Shown here: positions 31,288 to 40,533 of the stretch, in pieces
Layout: the number at the start of each line of letters is the position of its first letter
How positions within the stretch are numbered: position 1 is the stretch's first letter
Assembly: GCF_037190085.1 (NCBI RefSeq)
Contig: NZ_JBBCJO010000015.1
Coordinates: 3,480 to 67,479, forward strand
Length of the DNA stretch: 64,000 bases
DNA from: Gemmatimonas aurantiaca
GTDB taxonomy: Bacteria > Gemmatimonadota > Gemmatimonadetes > Gemmatimonadales > Gemmatimonadaceae
Reading direction: 5' to 3'
Notes under the pieces: model-generated
Databases searched by the model: none
What the model was told of the DNA's origin: nothing
The model's input: the letters and a program-made list of their open reading frames with translations, nothing else
Made by a program: the position numbers and the translations under genes

Positions 31288-31523
31288 GATTCCCTCCTCC
31301 TGCCCATGAGACACCGCGGAGTGCGGTTACCCTATCATCCCCGGTCATCATTTCGGTCGCATGTTCATGATGAACGCCGACGTTCTGTCAGGTATTTACC
31401 CGACAGAACGCATGTCGCGGAGAAGGCTACGTTGGCGGGTCCGGTCACGGCTGCATGTGCAGCATGTACAGTGTTGTTTCTCACGACCGGATGCCCTTCT
31501 TCTCCGATACGGGAGTCGTCTTC

Positions 31524-32213
31524 ATGCGGACATCAGGCGTCACGCCGTTCCGTCATCGTTTCATTCCGCGTTTCATTTCCAGTTTCATTCCGCTCGCATT
31601 CGCCGTCGCCGTGATTTCGTCGGTGCTCGTCGCGGTTCCAGCTGCCGCGCAGAGCACCGAAGGCTCGTGGATGATCCGCATACGGGCACTTTCTCTCACC
31701 GCCGCCGACAAGTCGGACGCGATTCCGTCACTGGGCGTGCCGGCCGACAGGATCACGGTCAGCGACAAGATATTTCCCGATGTCGACGTGAGCTGGTTCT
31801 TCGCGAAACACCTGGCGACGGAACTCGTTCTCACGTATCCGCAGCAGCATGACGTGAAATTGAACGGCACGAAGATCGGCAGCTTCAAGCATCTTCCGCC
31901 CACCCTGCTTCTGCAGTATCACCTGCTCCCCGATGGACTCGTCCGGCCGTATATCGGCGCGGGTGTGAATCTCACGCTCATCTCCGATGTCGATATCGCC
32001 GTGGCCAACGTCGGCAAACTCGATCTCGAAAAGAGTTCGGTGGGTGTGGCGGGACAGGTGGGGGCGGACATCCGTCTGTTGCCGGGCAAGTTTCTCAACC
32101 TCGACCTCAAGAAAGTCACCATCGGATCGGACGTTCTGCTGAACGGGAAAAAAGTCTCGGCGGTGGGTGTCGATCCCTGGCTCGCCAGCATCGGGTTCGG
32201 CGTGCGCTTCTGA
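31524..32213 (+). CDS. ompW: OmpW-family outer-membrane protein
   Basis: Signal peptide, alternating beta-strand pattern, the family C-terminus ..GVDPWLASIGFGVRF, and a length of about 230 aa. Confidence 0.8.
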   Translation: MRTSGVTPFRHRFIPRFISSFIPLAFAVAVISSVLVAVPAAAQSTEGSWMIRIRALSLTAADKSDAIPSLGVPADRITVSDKIFPDVDVSWFFAKHLATELVLTYPQQHDVKLNGTKIGSFKHLPPTLLLQYHLLPDGLVRPYIGAGVNLTLISDVDIAVANVGKLDLEKSSVGVAGQVGADIRLLPGKFLNLDLKKVTIGSDVLLNGKKVSAVGVDPWLASIGFGVRF

Positions 32214-32336
32214 GTACCGCGCGGCGTCGACCGGGCGTTGCGGGGGCTCTCCAGAGGCTCCCGTAGCGCCTCCTGAGGTGGGAATTGCCGTGTTACATTT
32301 CGCAGGCTGTTCCCACCTTTTGCGAGGACGTTCCCG

Positions 32337-33434
32337 ATGTCCCGTCGGCTTTCCCTGCCGTTTCTGCTCCTGGTGGCCGGAGCCTGCACCGTGCAGCGCT
32401 CGGCCCCGCCCGCCTCCAAGGCCCTGGCCCGTACCGGTGCACCCGAGGCCGGCGACGTTTCCGGCCTGCACACGGCGCAGCACACCCGAGGCCCGTCGGC
32501 CGACGCCATGGATGACCACATGGCGCACATGAGCGCGGCCGATCTGGCGGCGCCGCAAGTCACCGCGGCGACCACGTTCCAGGATCTCAGCCTGCCGGCG
32601 TCCAACAACGCGGCCGCCGAACGGCTGAAGAATTCACCGCGTCACGCGGAATGGGTGAAAATCCCCATGGCCGGCACGCCCGACACGCTGATGGCCTGGG
32701 TGGTGTATCCCTTTGCGAAGGACAGCCGGCAGAAGGCGCCGGTGGTGGTGGTGGTGCACGAGATCTTCGGCCTCTCCACCTGGGTGCGCGGTGTGGCCGA
32801 TCAGGTCGCGGCGGACGGGTTCATCGCCATCGCGCCCGACTTCCTGTCGCGCGCCCGCGGTGGCCCGAGCTCGGTGGAACTCAACGCGGACACGGCGCGG
32901 CGCATCATCGCCGGTGTGAACACGACCGAGCGCAACCAGATCATCAACGCCGCCGCCAACTACGCGATGATGCTGCCGAGTGCGCAGCAGAAGTACGCGG
33001 TGATCGGGTACTGCTGGGGTGGGCAGACGGTGTTCGCGCATGCCGTGAACGGCGGCGTGAAGGGCTTCTCGGGTGGCGTGGCGTTTTACGGCGCGCCATA
33101 CACGAAGGGGGGTACCCCGGCCACGGCGACCACGGCCGCGGTGCCGGCGTCGGTGGACGCCGATTCGATCAGGAAGATCTCGAAGCCGGTCATGCTGCTC
33201 AACGGCAGCAAGGATGCGCGTATCGGCGCGATGATGCCGGAGATCGAGTCCTTGATGAAGGCGAACGGCAAGACGTACGAAGCGCGGAACTACGAAGGCG
33301 CGGTGCACGGCTTCCTGCGTGCGCAGGGCGATCCCAAGCCCACGCGTGACGAAGCCGAGGAAGCGGCGAACATCGCGGCGACCAAGGATGGCTGGCCGCG
33401 GACGCTGGCGTTTCTGCGGAAGAATCTGAAGTGA
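32337..33434 (+). CDS. Dienelactone hydrolase family protein (lipoprotein-type signal)
   Basis: LLLVAGAC lipobox. DLH blocks VVVVHEIFGLSTWVRGVADQVAADGFIAIAPDF, GYCWGG (nucleophile Cys) and GAVHGF. Confidence 0.82.
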   Translation: MSRRLSLPFLLLVAGACTVQRSAPPASKALARTGAPEAGDVSGLHTAQHTRGPSADAMDDHMAHMSAADLAAPQVTAATTFQDLSLPASNNAAAERLKNSPRHAEWVKIPMAGTPDTLMAWVVYPFAKDSRQKAPVVVVVHEIFGLSTWVRGVADQVAADGFIAIAPDFLSRARGGPSSVELNADTARRIIAGVNTTERNQIINAAANYAMMLPSAQQKYAVIGYCWGGQTVFAHAVNGGVKGFSGGVAFYGAPYTKGGTPATATTAAVPASVDADSIRKISKPVMLLNGSKDARIGAMMPEIESLMKANGKTYEARNYEGAVHGFLRAQGDPKPTRDEAEEAANIAATKDGWPRTLAFLRKNLK

Positions 33435-33457
33435 ACTAGTCTCACATTGTGAGACCT

Positions 33458-33493
33458 CCCCACCTGCCTCGCTATCGCATCGGGCAGGTGGGG
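33458..33493. terminator. GC-rich hairpin between convergent genes
   Basis: An 11-bp perfect stem, ccccacctgcc (33458-33468) with ggcaggtgggg (33483-33493), and a 14-nt loop. It is preceded by a smaller hairpin, tctcacattgtgaga. There is no clear U-tract. Confidence 0.55.
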
Positions 33494-33514
33494 AAATGAA
33501 CGAGATACTGTGCT

Positions 33515-34180
33515 CTATCGAGGCCGTGGGATTGAGTCGAGAAATGCGAGGATCTGCTCATCGGATGGGGTCGTCGAGAACCGCCATCCATTGATGACGA
33601 CCGTCGGAGTACCCTCCAGTGCCATCGCATCCCCCAGAGCACGCCCCTGCGTGATACGGGGAAAACTGACCGTATCCTGAACGCATCGGTTGAAGCGGGA
33701 CGTGTCGCCCACCCCAGCCTCCCGAGCATAGTCTGCCCATGCCTTCAGGCCGAATGAATCCTGCTTGGCGTAAGCAGCCTCGACGAACCTTGCGGACGCA
33801 CCAACACTGTCGGCACACTCCAACGCCCGCGACGCCAAGCGGGAAAACCGATGGATGCTCAACGGGAAATGGACGAACAAGACGTTGAAGCGCGCTCCCC
33901 TCTCGTGTTCCAGGGAATGCAGTCGACTATGGAGTCGCTTGCACGCGGGGCACTCCAAGTCTGCAAAGGTGAGGATCGTCCGACGCTCATCCGGCTGTCC
34001 AAGACTTACGCTCGCGCCACGGATCTCATCCCAGTTGTTGATAGGCACTGGAGGGCCCGGCGCTCCAACTCGCGGTACCTCTGGTGCAACGAAAAATTCG
34101 CGCCTGATCAGCAGCCCCACGATCACCATTGCACAAACCGTCAACACCACCGAGAGCGTTCTCTCCATGGTCGGAGCCAT
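33515..34180 (-). CDS. DsbA/thioredoxin-fold thiol:disulfide oxidoreductase with N-terminal membrane anchor
   Basis: CxxC active site in FADLECPACKRLH. One N-terminal hydrophobic helix, LSVVLTVCAMVIVGLLI. The exact start (34180, 34168 or 34246) is uncertain. Codon usage is atypical for this window. Confidence 0.75.
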   Translation of the reverse strand: MAPTMERTLSVVLTVCAMVIVGLLIRREFFVAPEVPRVGAPGPPVPINNWDEIRGASVSLGQPDERRTILTFADLECPACKRLHSRLHSLEHERGARFNVLFVHFPLSIHRFSRLASRALECADSVGASARFVEAAYAKQDSFGLKAWADYAREAGVGDTSRFNRCVQDTVSFPRITQGRALGDAMALEGTPTVVINGWRFSTTPSDEQILAFLDSIPRPR

Positions 34181-34262
34181 AGACCCTCCGTGAAAAGCGG
34201 ATGTAGGTTCGCGAGCTGGCGATGCCACAGTCTGCCAGTGTGGCATCGCGTGCTACTGACCA

Positions 34263-34523
34263 TCAGGGGGCCGTACACTGGAGGAAAGATTGATTTGTTC
34301 CGCACAACGCATGCGCATCGACGCACTCAAGGAGTATAGGGCATGCGGGGTTGTTATTCGCGCAGGCCGCGTTTGCGTCCTCTTCTGTTGGACAGACGTC
34401 CTTGGGATAGCACGTGTAACACGACAATGCTACCGGGAGTGGCTTCGCCGTTTGAGGCGAGAGAAGAGCCATCAACCCCAGCACACATACGATGGCAGGT
34501 TTTGCCAGTGGACGTAGCGCCAT
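34263..34523 (-). CDS. Small secreted cysteine-rich protein (86 aa, 8 Cys after the predicted signal)
   Basis: ATG at 34523 preceded by AAGGAGG with an 8-nt spacer. Signal-like MALRPLAKPAIVCVLGLMALLSP, then ..SCYTCYPKDVCPTEEDANAACANNNPACPILLECVDAHALCGTNQSFLQCTAP. Confidence 0.6.
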   Translation of the reverse strand: MALRPLAKPAIVCVLGLMALLSPQTAKPLPVALSCYTCYPKDVCPTEEDANAACANNNPACPILLECVDAHALCGTNQSFLQCTAP

Positions 34524-34531
34524 GCTCCTAC

Positions 34532-34538
34532 CCTCCTT
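34532..34538 (-). promoter_or_regulatory. Shine-Dalgarno sequence AAGGAGG of the Cys-rich peptide gene
   Basis: The plus strand reads cctcctt at 34532-34538, 8 nt from the ATG at 34523. This is one of the strongest SD matches seen in the window. Confidence 0.7.
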
Positions 34539-34651
34539 GAGATGGAAATGTGAAACGGATTGTTTGGCAGACACAGCAACAGAGACCTGCGCGCCGGCCG
34601 CCAATGGATTTGACGGCCGGCAACTACTCCCTTCAGGAAGAAGGGATCTTC

Positions 34652-35443
34652 CTACCTATTCGACGTGAAGTCCAGAAATGCCCGGTTGGTCGCCGTGGTG
34701 CCGCCAACCGTGATGTCACCGCGGGAGCTGATGCTGTAGACCCGGCCACTGCCAAACGTCACGCCGGTGCGGGTATACGTGACCGGATTGGCTCCGGTGG
34801 TGGTGGCGGTGAGGTCATAGATGCCCCCTGGCAGCGACACAAATGCACCGGCAGCCTTGTACGCGACACCATTGCCGATCGTCACGGTGGTCCCGGTGGT
34901 CTGCTCGCGCGCAGTCAGCGTGGTCGGCGTCGAGTTCGAGATGGCATTCACGAACCGCACCTGCGCCTGCGTGTAGTCGGAAGTCGCCGGAACGTTGTCC
35001 TCGATCACGAAGGCTTCCACCGTCTTCGCCGTGGTGTTGTAGAAACCACTGATGTACATCGAGTACGCCTTGCCGTCGGCCAACGATGCGGCCACCGTGG
35101 AAACCGCCAAATCCTTGTCCGCGGCAGCTGCGATGCGCCCGGTGAAGGTGTACTGGCCGGGCTGCAACGCCGAGTAGAACCCGCCCCCTCCAACGCCACC
35201 ATACGCCACGCCGGTCGTGGCCTCGGTGCCCGTGGCCGACAGGACCGCTGTGACCTTGTCGTTGTTGGCGTAGAAGTTCACACCCGGTGCATTCACACCG
35301 AAGTTGAAGAACCTGATGCGGGCTCCCGGCATCGTGCCCGTGATATCCTGCACCGCGTTTTTCTCGCACGCCGCCAGCGCGACGGCGCACAGCAGCATCG
35401 TCACCGACCGCAGGGATCGGATGAAAGTTCTGTTGGTCGTCAT
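34652..35443 (-). CDS. DUF4397-domain lipoprotein
   Basis: Lipobox LLCAVALAAC. Two repeats of the DUF4397-like pattern are present (ARIRFFNFGVNAPGVNFYANNDKV.. and AQVRFVNAISNS..). It lies 8 nt downstream of the SusD-like gene. Confidence 0.7.
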   Translation of the reverse strand: MTTNRTFIRSLRSVTMLLCAVALAACEKNAVQDITGTMPGARIRFFNFGVNAPGVNFYANNDKVTAVLSATGTEATTGVAYGGVGGGGFYSALQPGQYTFTGRIAAAADKDLAVSTVAASLADGKAYSMYISGFYNTTAKTVEAFVIEDNVPATSDYTQAQVRFVNAISNSTPTTLTAREQTTGTTVTIGNGVAYKAAGAFVSLPGGIYDLTATTTGANPVTYTRTGVTFGSGRVYSISSRGDITVGGTTATNRAFLDFTSNR

Positions 35444-35451
35444 GTGTCGGT

Positions 35452-37056
35452 TTACGGTTGGGTGATCCAGAGCGGCTTTGTGTGGTAGTCCAGGGCCAGT
35501 CCACCGATGGCATCGAGCCCGGGGCGGTTCCAGACGTATTCCGAGTTGTAACGCGGACGGATGCGCTGCACGACCTTACCGCCATTGTCGGCGTAGAGCA
35601 GCGTGGTATTCGGCGGGGTGAAGCCCGGGAACACCTGCATGCCGCTGGCCGGATCGACATCGGTGTAGTGGTAGCGGCGCATATCCATCCACAACTCGTT
35701 GTGCGCCCACGCCCACTGCGCGATGTATTTCTGCGACATGATGTGGGTGAGTGTGAGCGCCCCCGGCGTACTGGGCACCGCCGCACTGGACATGTACGCG
35801 GTCTGCTCCGCCGTGCTGATCGGCGTCGGGTACTGACCATCGTCGGTGTTGCGGGCGTTCACGAACAGCAGGTGCGCCTGTACGCCGTTGCGGAATGCCG
35901 TGAGCGCCGTGGCCTTGTCACCCATGCGATAGGCCGCTTCCGCCTTGATGAACTGCAACTGCGAATACGTCATGGCCGGCATGCGGGTCTTGTCCGAGAA
36001 GATGTACTTGCTCGGCAGGCCCTGCCCGCCCGTCCCGACGTATCCGAAGAAGTTGTTGGGGATGACGGTCGGTGCCGTGGAGGGGAACGCCGTGCTGCCC
36101 ACGACCGTGACATCGTAGCCGCGGTACTGCCCATCCGGCGACGGAGAGAGCATACGACTCATGCGCGGATCGACGACACCACCGAACTGCGTGCCGTTCA
36201 TGAGTTCCACGACGAACTTGGTCTGGCGGTACGAACGGAGGTTGTCGCGCGTCCAGCCGTAGAAGTTGCGATCGTCGTTGACCAAGGCGGGATAGGCCTC
36301 CAGGGCGTCGTCCGCATTGCTGGCGAACGACTTGTCCACGGCGGCGATGACATCGGCCGGCTTGTAGGAGGCCTTGTTGCTGAAGTGGTTCAACTGCATG
36401 GCCTGCAGGCCGTAGGCGAACTTGAGCCACTTGGTGCGATCACCGCCGTAGATGATGTCCGTACGGCCGAGATAGCTGGCATCCACAGCCCCGTCGGTGC
36501 GTTGCAACAGCTCGATGGCCTTCTTCAGCAGGCGGTCGACTTCCTGGTACGCGTACTCCTGAGAGTCATAGCCGAAGCTGAACGACGCGCCCTGATTGAA
36601 GGCTTCCTTGATGATGATCTCGCCGTGCGTGTCGGTGAGCGCCAACCAGCCCCAGGCCTTGAGGATGTGTCCCACACCCAGCAGGTCCCAGCGCTCCTCG
36701 GCTTCGGCCTTTGTCATCATATCGACGAGATTCTGCCCCATGCTCCAGTACACGTCACGCCACTGCTGCGCCCCGTTGTCGCTGCTGGGATCATACCCCA
36801 TGCGATCCCAGGTGCTGAGCGTGGTGCCCGGCAGCGTCCATTGCTGCGTGTAACGGCCCACGAAGCGCCCTTCGAAGAGCGGCGACGTGACCATCCAGTG
36901 CAGCATCGGCGAGAGATAGAGATTGGCCGATACTGTTTCCGGACCGTTGGGGTTGGTGTTGACGTCGAGGAATTTCTCGCACCCACTGGCCAGCGTGAGC
37001 GAGCCGGCCAGCATGGCGCCGGCCATCAGTTTCGAGAGGGAGGTCCGCATGATCAA
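35452..37056 (-). CDS. SusD/RagB-family outer-membrane lipoprotein
   Basis: Lipobox LTLASGC. The protein is 534 aa and immediately follows the SusC-like gene with a 4-nt overlap (37053-37056). It is Trp/Tyr-rich and helical, as in SusD-like_2 proteins. Confidence 0.75.
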   Translation of the reverse strand: MIMRTSLSKLMAGAMLAGSLTLASGCEKFLDVNTNPNGPETVSANLYLSPMLHWMVTSPLFEGRFVGRYTQQWTLPGTTLSTWDRMGYDPSSDNGAQQWRDVYWSMGQNLVDMMTKAEAEERWDLLGVGHILKAWGWLALTDTHGEIIIKEAFNQGASFSFGYDSQEYAYQEVDRLLKKAIELLQRTDGAVDASYLGRTDIIYGGDRTKWLKFAYGLQAMQLNHFSNKASYKPADVIAAVDKSFASNADDALEAYPALVNDDRNFYGWTRDNLRSYRQTKFVVELMNGTQFGGVVDPRMSRMLSPSPDGQYRGYDVTVVGSTAFPSTAPTVIPNNFFGYVGTGGQGLPSKYIFSDKTRMPAMTYSQLQFIKAEAAYRMGDKATALTAFRNGVQAHLLFVNARNTDDGQYPTPISTAEQTAYMSSAAVPSTPGALTLTHIMSQKYIAQWAWAHNELWMDMRRYHYTDVDPASGMQVFPGFTPPNTTLLYADNGGKVVQRIRPRYNSEYVWNRPGLDAIGGLALDYHTKPLWITQP

Positions 37057-40000
37057 TACCCCACCTTGAGGCTGAGCGCGATACCACGCGGCATCGGGAA
37101 GTTGCCGAAGTCGATGCCGACACCGCCTGAGCCGCCGACCGCGGCGGTGTTGCCGTTCACGATGGGATCCAGACCGGAGTAATTGGTGAACACGAAGAGA
37201 TCGGTCAGTGTGAGCGCCAGGCTGGCATCCCGCGCCTTGAGCAGGCGGGGCGGCAGATTGTAGCGCAGCGTGAGGTCACGCAGACGGAACCAGTTGATGT
37301 CCTTCTCGATGAAGAGTTCTTCGCTCATGTTGACGTAGTAGCCCGTCTGCACCGCCGGAATGACGACGATGGTGTTCTTCGTAGGCGTGGGTGAATTCTC
37401 CTTGCCATCACGCATCACACCATCGATGACCCGAGGCTGTTCCCGATCCAGCGTGCGCTCCGTCAGACCGCGTGTCGTGAGGAAGTGCTGGGTTCCGTTG
37501 AGCACATCGCCACCGCGACGGACATCGAGCAGGAAGCTCAACGTGAAGTTCTTCGTTCGGAACGTATTGGTTACGCCCAGCGTGTAGTCCGGCTGACGAT
37601 CGTATCCCGCGTCGACGTAGTTCGCGTTGATGAGCGGAAGGCCCGTGGTGGGATCGATCAGCAGCTTCCCTTCGTTGTTGCGCAGGTAGAACCGGCCGGT
37701 CATGGAGCGCGTGGAAGTTCCCGGCATCACCCCAGGCCGTATGAAGCCATACAACCAGCCATCGGAGATGTACGACTCGGGCACACCATTCGGCAGCGAG
37801 AGCACCTTGCCGCGCGAGCGGTCGAAGTTCGCCAGGATATCCCAGGAGAACTGCGGTTTGCGGATCATCTGTCCCGTTACCGACACTTCCAAGCCGGTGT
37901 TGCGCGTATCAGCGCCGTTCAGATTGAACAGGACGAAGCCGGTGGCGTAACTGCCACGGATATCGTTGACGATCTGCTTGGAGGTTTCCTTCTTGTACGT
38001 CGTGATGTCGACATTGAGTCGGCTGTCGAAGAACCCGAGGTCGGCGCCATACTCGTACGAAGTGGCAAATTCCGGCTCCAGCAGCACGTTCGGCCCGGTG
38101 AATCCGTAGCCGTAACCACCCTTGGTGGTGGTCTTGTATTCGAGCGACGGCCGGAAGGCATACGGACGCGCGTCCCTGCCCACATCGGCCCTGCCGCCAC
38201 GCAGGCGGGCGGACGACATCACCGACTTGAGCGCGGGAAAGGCGTCGGTGACCACGAAGCTGGCGTTCACCGACGGATAGAAGAACGAGTTCCGCTCAAC
38301 CGGAATGGTGGACGTCCAGTCGTTCCGGCCCGCCACGGTGACGTAGAGATAGTCGTCCCAGCCCACCACCGCCTGTGCATACAGGCCTACCTGACGACGC
38401 TGGGAAATCGTGCTGCGACTGAGCCGGGAGACCGTGTTGTTGATCGACACGAAATTCGGATCGAGGAAATTCATGCCCTGCGCGGCCTGTGTGTTCGACT
38501 TGGTGTCGTTGATCTGATTCCCGATCAGGCCGGTGATGGACAGCTTGTTGGTGAGTTGCTGTCGATTGAAGTTGAGAACGGTCTGCGCGTTGATGTTGCG
38601 GACCACGTCGGTCGCAATATCGAGCACGCCGTTGTTGTTGAAGCCGATGCCCGCCGTTTCGGGATGACGGAGAATCTGGTTCTCGTTGGTATACCCGTCC
38701 TGCCCCACGTTGAAACGCAGATTGCCCCAGCTCACCGGCGAGAGGACCAGGCCCAGATTCGCCACGAGACGATTGGTCTTGGAGTTGACCGTGTTCTTGC
38801 GCACACTGAAGTACGGATTGTCCTGCTCGGACGAAGCGGCAAGCGCCGTGATGCGACGGCGCTGCCCCGATGGCGTGAGATAGTCCTTCGCGTTGTCCGT
38901 CTGCGGCCACAACAGGAGTCCGATCAGCGGACCATTCCCGCCCTTGAGCGCCTGATCGTTGTCCGACAACGACCACTGCATGGACAGATCCGTGCGCAAC
39001 CAGGACGCCACCTGGGCCTGGGTGGCGCCGGTGAGGTTGTAGCGGGTGAGACCCGCGCCCGGCACAATGGACGGGTTGTCGGTGGCGGCGGCACCGATGC
39101 GATAGTTGAGACGACCATCGCTGTTGCCACCGCTGAACATCAGATTGTGCTGCTGCGAGACGGCCGTCTTGAAGAAACCGTCGACGTTGTCGTAGAACGT
39201 CGTCCCCGCGGGATACGGCGCCCCGAAATACGCGAAGGAGCCGATCAGGTCACCGGTCTGCGTGGAGGGTCCGTAAACGCGCTGTATCTCGGGGCGGCCC
39301 CGCGGGGCGTCCGTGCGGATGTTGTTGACGTAGTTCCACCCGTTCGTTCCCGCCTGCCCCCGCTTCGTCGTGATCACGATGGCGCCGTTGGCGGCATCGA
39401 TGCCGTAAAGGGCGGCCGCTTCCGGGCCCTTCAGCACCACCATCGTCTCGATGTCTTCGGGGTTGATGTCGGCCGCACGGTTCGTGAAGTCGAGACCGCG
39501 ATTGGCGAAGGCCGTCTGCGAATTCGGCGCATCGGCCGCCAGTTGCTGGGTGTTCAGCGTCTTGTTGTCCAACGGCAGACCGTCCACGATCATCAGCGGC
39601 TGATTGCTGCTGCTGATGGAACTCACACCACGGATCGTGATCGAGGACGACGCACCCGGCATGCCCGAGGAACTCGTCACCTCGACACCTGCCACGCGCC
39701 CCTGCAACCCGTTGATGAAGTTCTCGCGACCCGTCTGCGCGACGTCGGCACCCACCACGGTCTGCTGTGACACGCCGAGGGTACGCTGCACCGCCGTCTG
39801 CCCGAGCGCCGTCACCACCATGGCGTCGAGATTCGTTGCCGACTTCTCGAGGGTCACGTTGATCAGACTGCTCGTGCCTACGGTGCGTTCCTGCATGCCG
39901 TAGCCGATCAGCCGGAATTGCAGCACCTGTCCCTGTGCGGCGCGAATGGTGTAGTCGCCGTTGGCGTTGGTCTGCGCGACCGTGGATGTGCCCTTGATGC

Positions 40001-40130
40001 CGACCGAAACACCGGACAAGGGCACGCTGCCGTCTCTGGTGACCTTGCCGGTCACGGCCGGTTGCTGAGCCATCGCCTGCGTGGCGATGAGGGCGGTGCC
40101 GAGCAGCACCGCCAGGACGCGTTTCTTCAT
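37053..40130 (-). CDS. SusC/RagA-family TonB-linked outer-membrane receptor
   Basis: Signal MKKRVLAVLLGTALIATQAMAQQ. CarboxypepD_reg-like N-domain (VTGKVTRDGSVPLSGVSVGIKGTS..TNANGDYTI). Plug motifs (ITIRGVSSISSSNQPLMIVDG, LKGPEAAALYG). Large barrel ending ..ALSLKVGY. Confidence 0.9.
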   Translation of the reverse strand: MKKRVLAVLLGTALIATQAMAQQPAVTGKVTRDGSVPLSGVSVGIKGTSTVAQTNANGDYTIRAAQGQVLQFRLIGYGMQERTVGTSSLINVTLEKSATNLDAMVVTALGQTAVQRTLGVSQQTVVGADVAQTGRENFINGLQGRVAGVEVTSSSGMPGASSSITIRGVSSISSSNQPLMIVDGLPLDNKTLNTQQLAADAPNSQTAFANRGLDFTNRAADINPEDIETMVVLKGPEAAALYGIDAANGAIVITTKRGQAGTNGWNYVNNIRTDAPRGRPEIQRVYGPSTQTGDLIGSFAYFGAPYPAGTTFYDNVDGFFKTAVSQQHNLMFSGGNSDGRLNYRIGAAATDNPSIVPGAGLTRYNLTGATQAQVASWLRTDLSMQWSLSDNDQALKGGNGPLIGLLLWPQTDNAKDYLTPSGQRRRITALAASSEQDNPYFSVRKNTVNSKTNRLVANLGLVLSPVSWGNLRFNVGQDGYTNENQILRHPETAGIGFNNNGVLDIATDVVRNINAQTVLNFNRQQLTNKLSITGLIGNQINDTKSNTQAAQGMNFLDPNFVSINNTVSRLSRSTISQRRQVGLYAQAVVGWDDYLYVTVAGRNDWTSTIPVERNSFFYPSVNASFVVTDAFPALKSVMSSARLRGGRADVGRDARPYAFRPSLEYKTTTKGGYGYGFTGPNVLLEPEFATSYEYGADLGFFDSRLNVDITTYKKETSKQIVNDIRGSYATGFVLFNLNGADTRNTGLEVSVTGQMIRKPQFSWDILANFDRSRGKVLSLPNGVPESYISDGWLYGFIRPGVMPGTSTRSMTGRFYLRNNEGKLLIDPTTGLPLINANYVDAGYDRQPDYTLGVTNTFRTKNFTLSFLLDVRRGGDVLNGTQHFLTTRGLTERTLDREQPRVIDGVMRDGKENSPTPTKNTIVVIPAVQTGYYVNMSEELFIEKDINWFRLRDLTLRYNLPPRLLKARDASLALTLTDLFVFTNYSGLDPIVNGNTAAVGGSGGVGIDFGNFPMPRGIALSLKVGY

Positions 40131-40533
40131 CGTGAAGAGGCCAAGTGGAGGGGACCAGTCGGACGGCCGGGAAACGCCGACAGGCGGAGTGGAACCGGGG
40201 GCGCACACGCGAACAGGAATTGCGATTCACCTGTGGAGAGTGACTCCCGTACCAATGGGCCTAACTTGAGTGCACGCTCACGCACTGTCAAACGTCCCAT
40301 GGGACTTCCCGGTGAGCCCTCCCGTAGAACTCACGTTTCGATGGGCATCCTGCACGCTTGAGCCTGTCCTATTCTGTCACACAATGGGACCAATCGCTCA
40401 CTGGTAAGCCAATGGTCCCATCTCACAGGTGAGGCGAATCGTGTGACACGATCAACCCCGAAAGACCCGCGCACACAGCGGTGTGGGGCGTTTCACCGTG
40501 ACCCAGGCCCTGCGGCGCGAGTAGTTTCTCCGC

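Noticed and set aside
40131-40533. Known riboswitch (cobalamin, TPP) in the leader of the SusC-like receptor.
   Set aside because: I could not find the B12 box or the TPP CUGAGA/ACCUGA elements on either strand. The region is reported only as structured and motif-rich.
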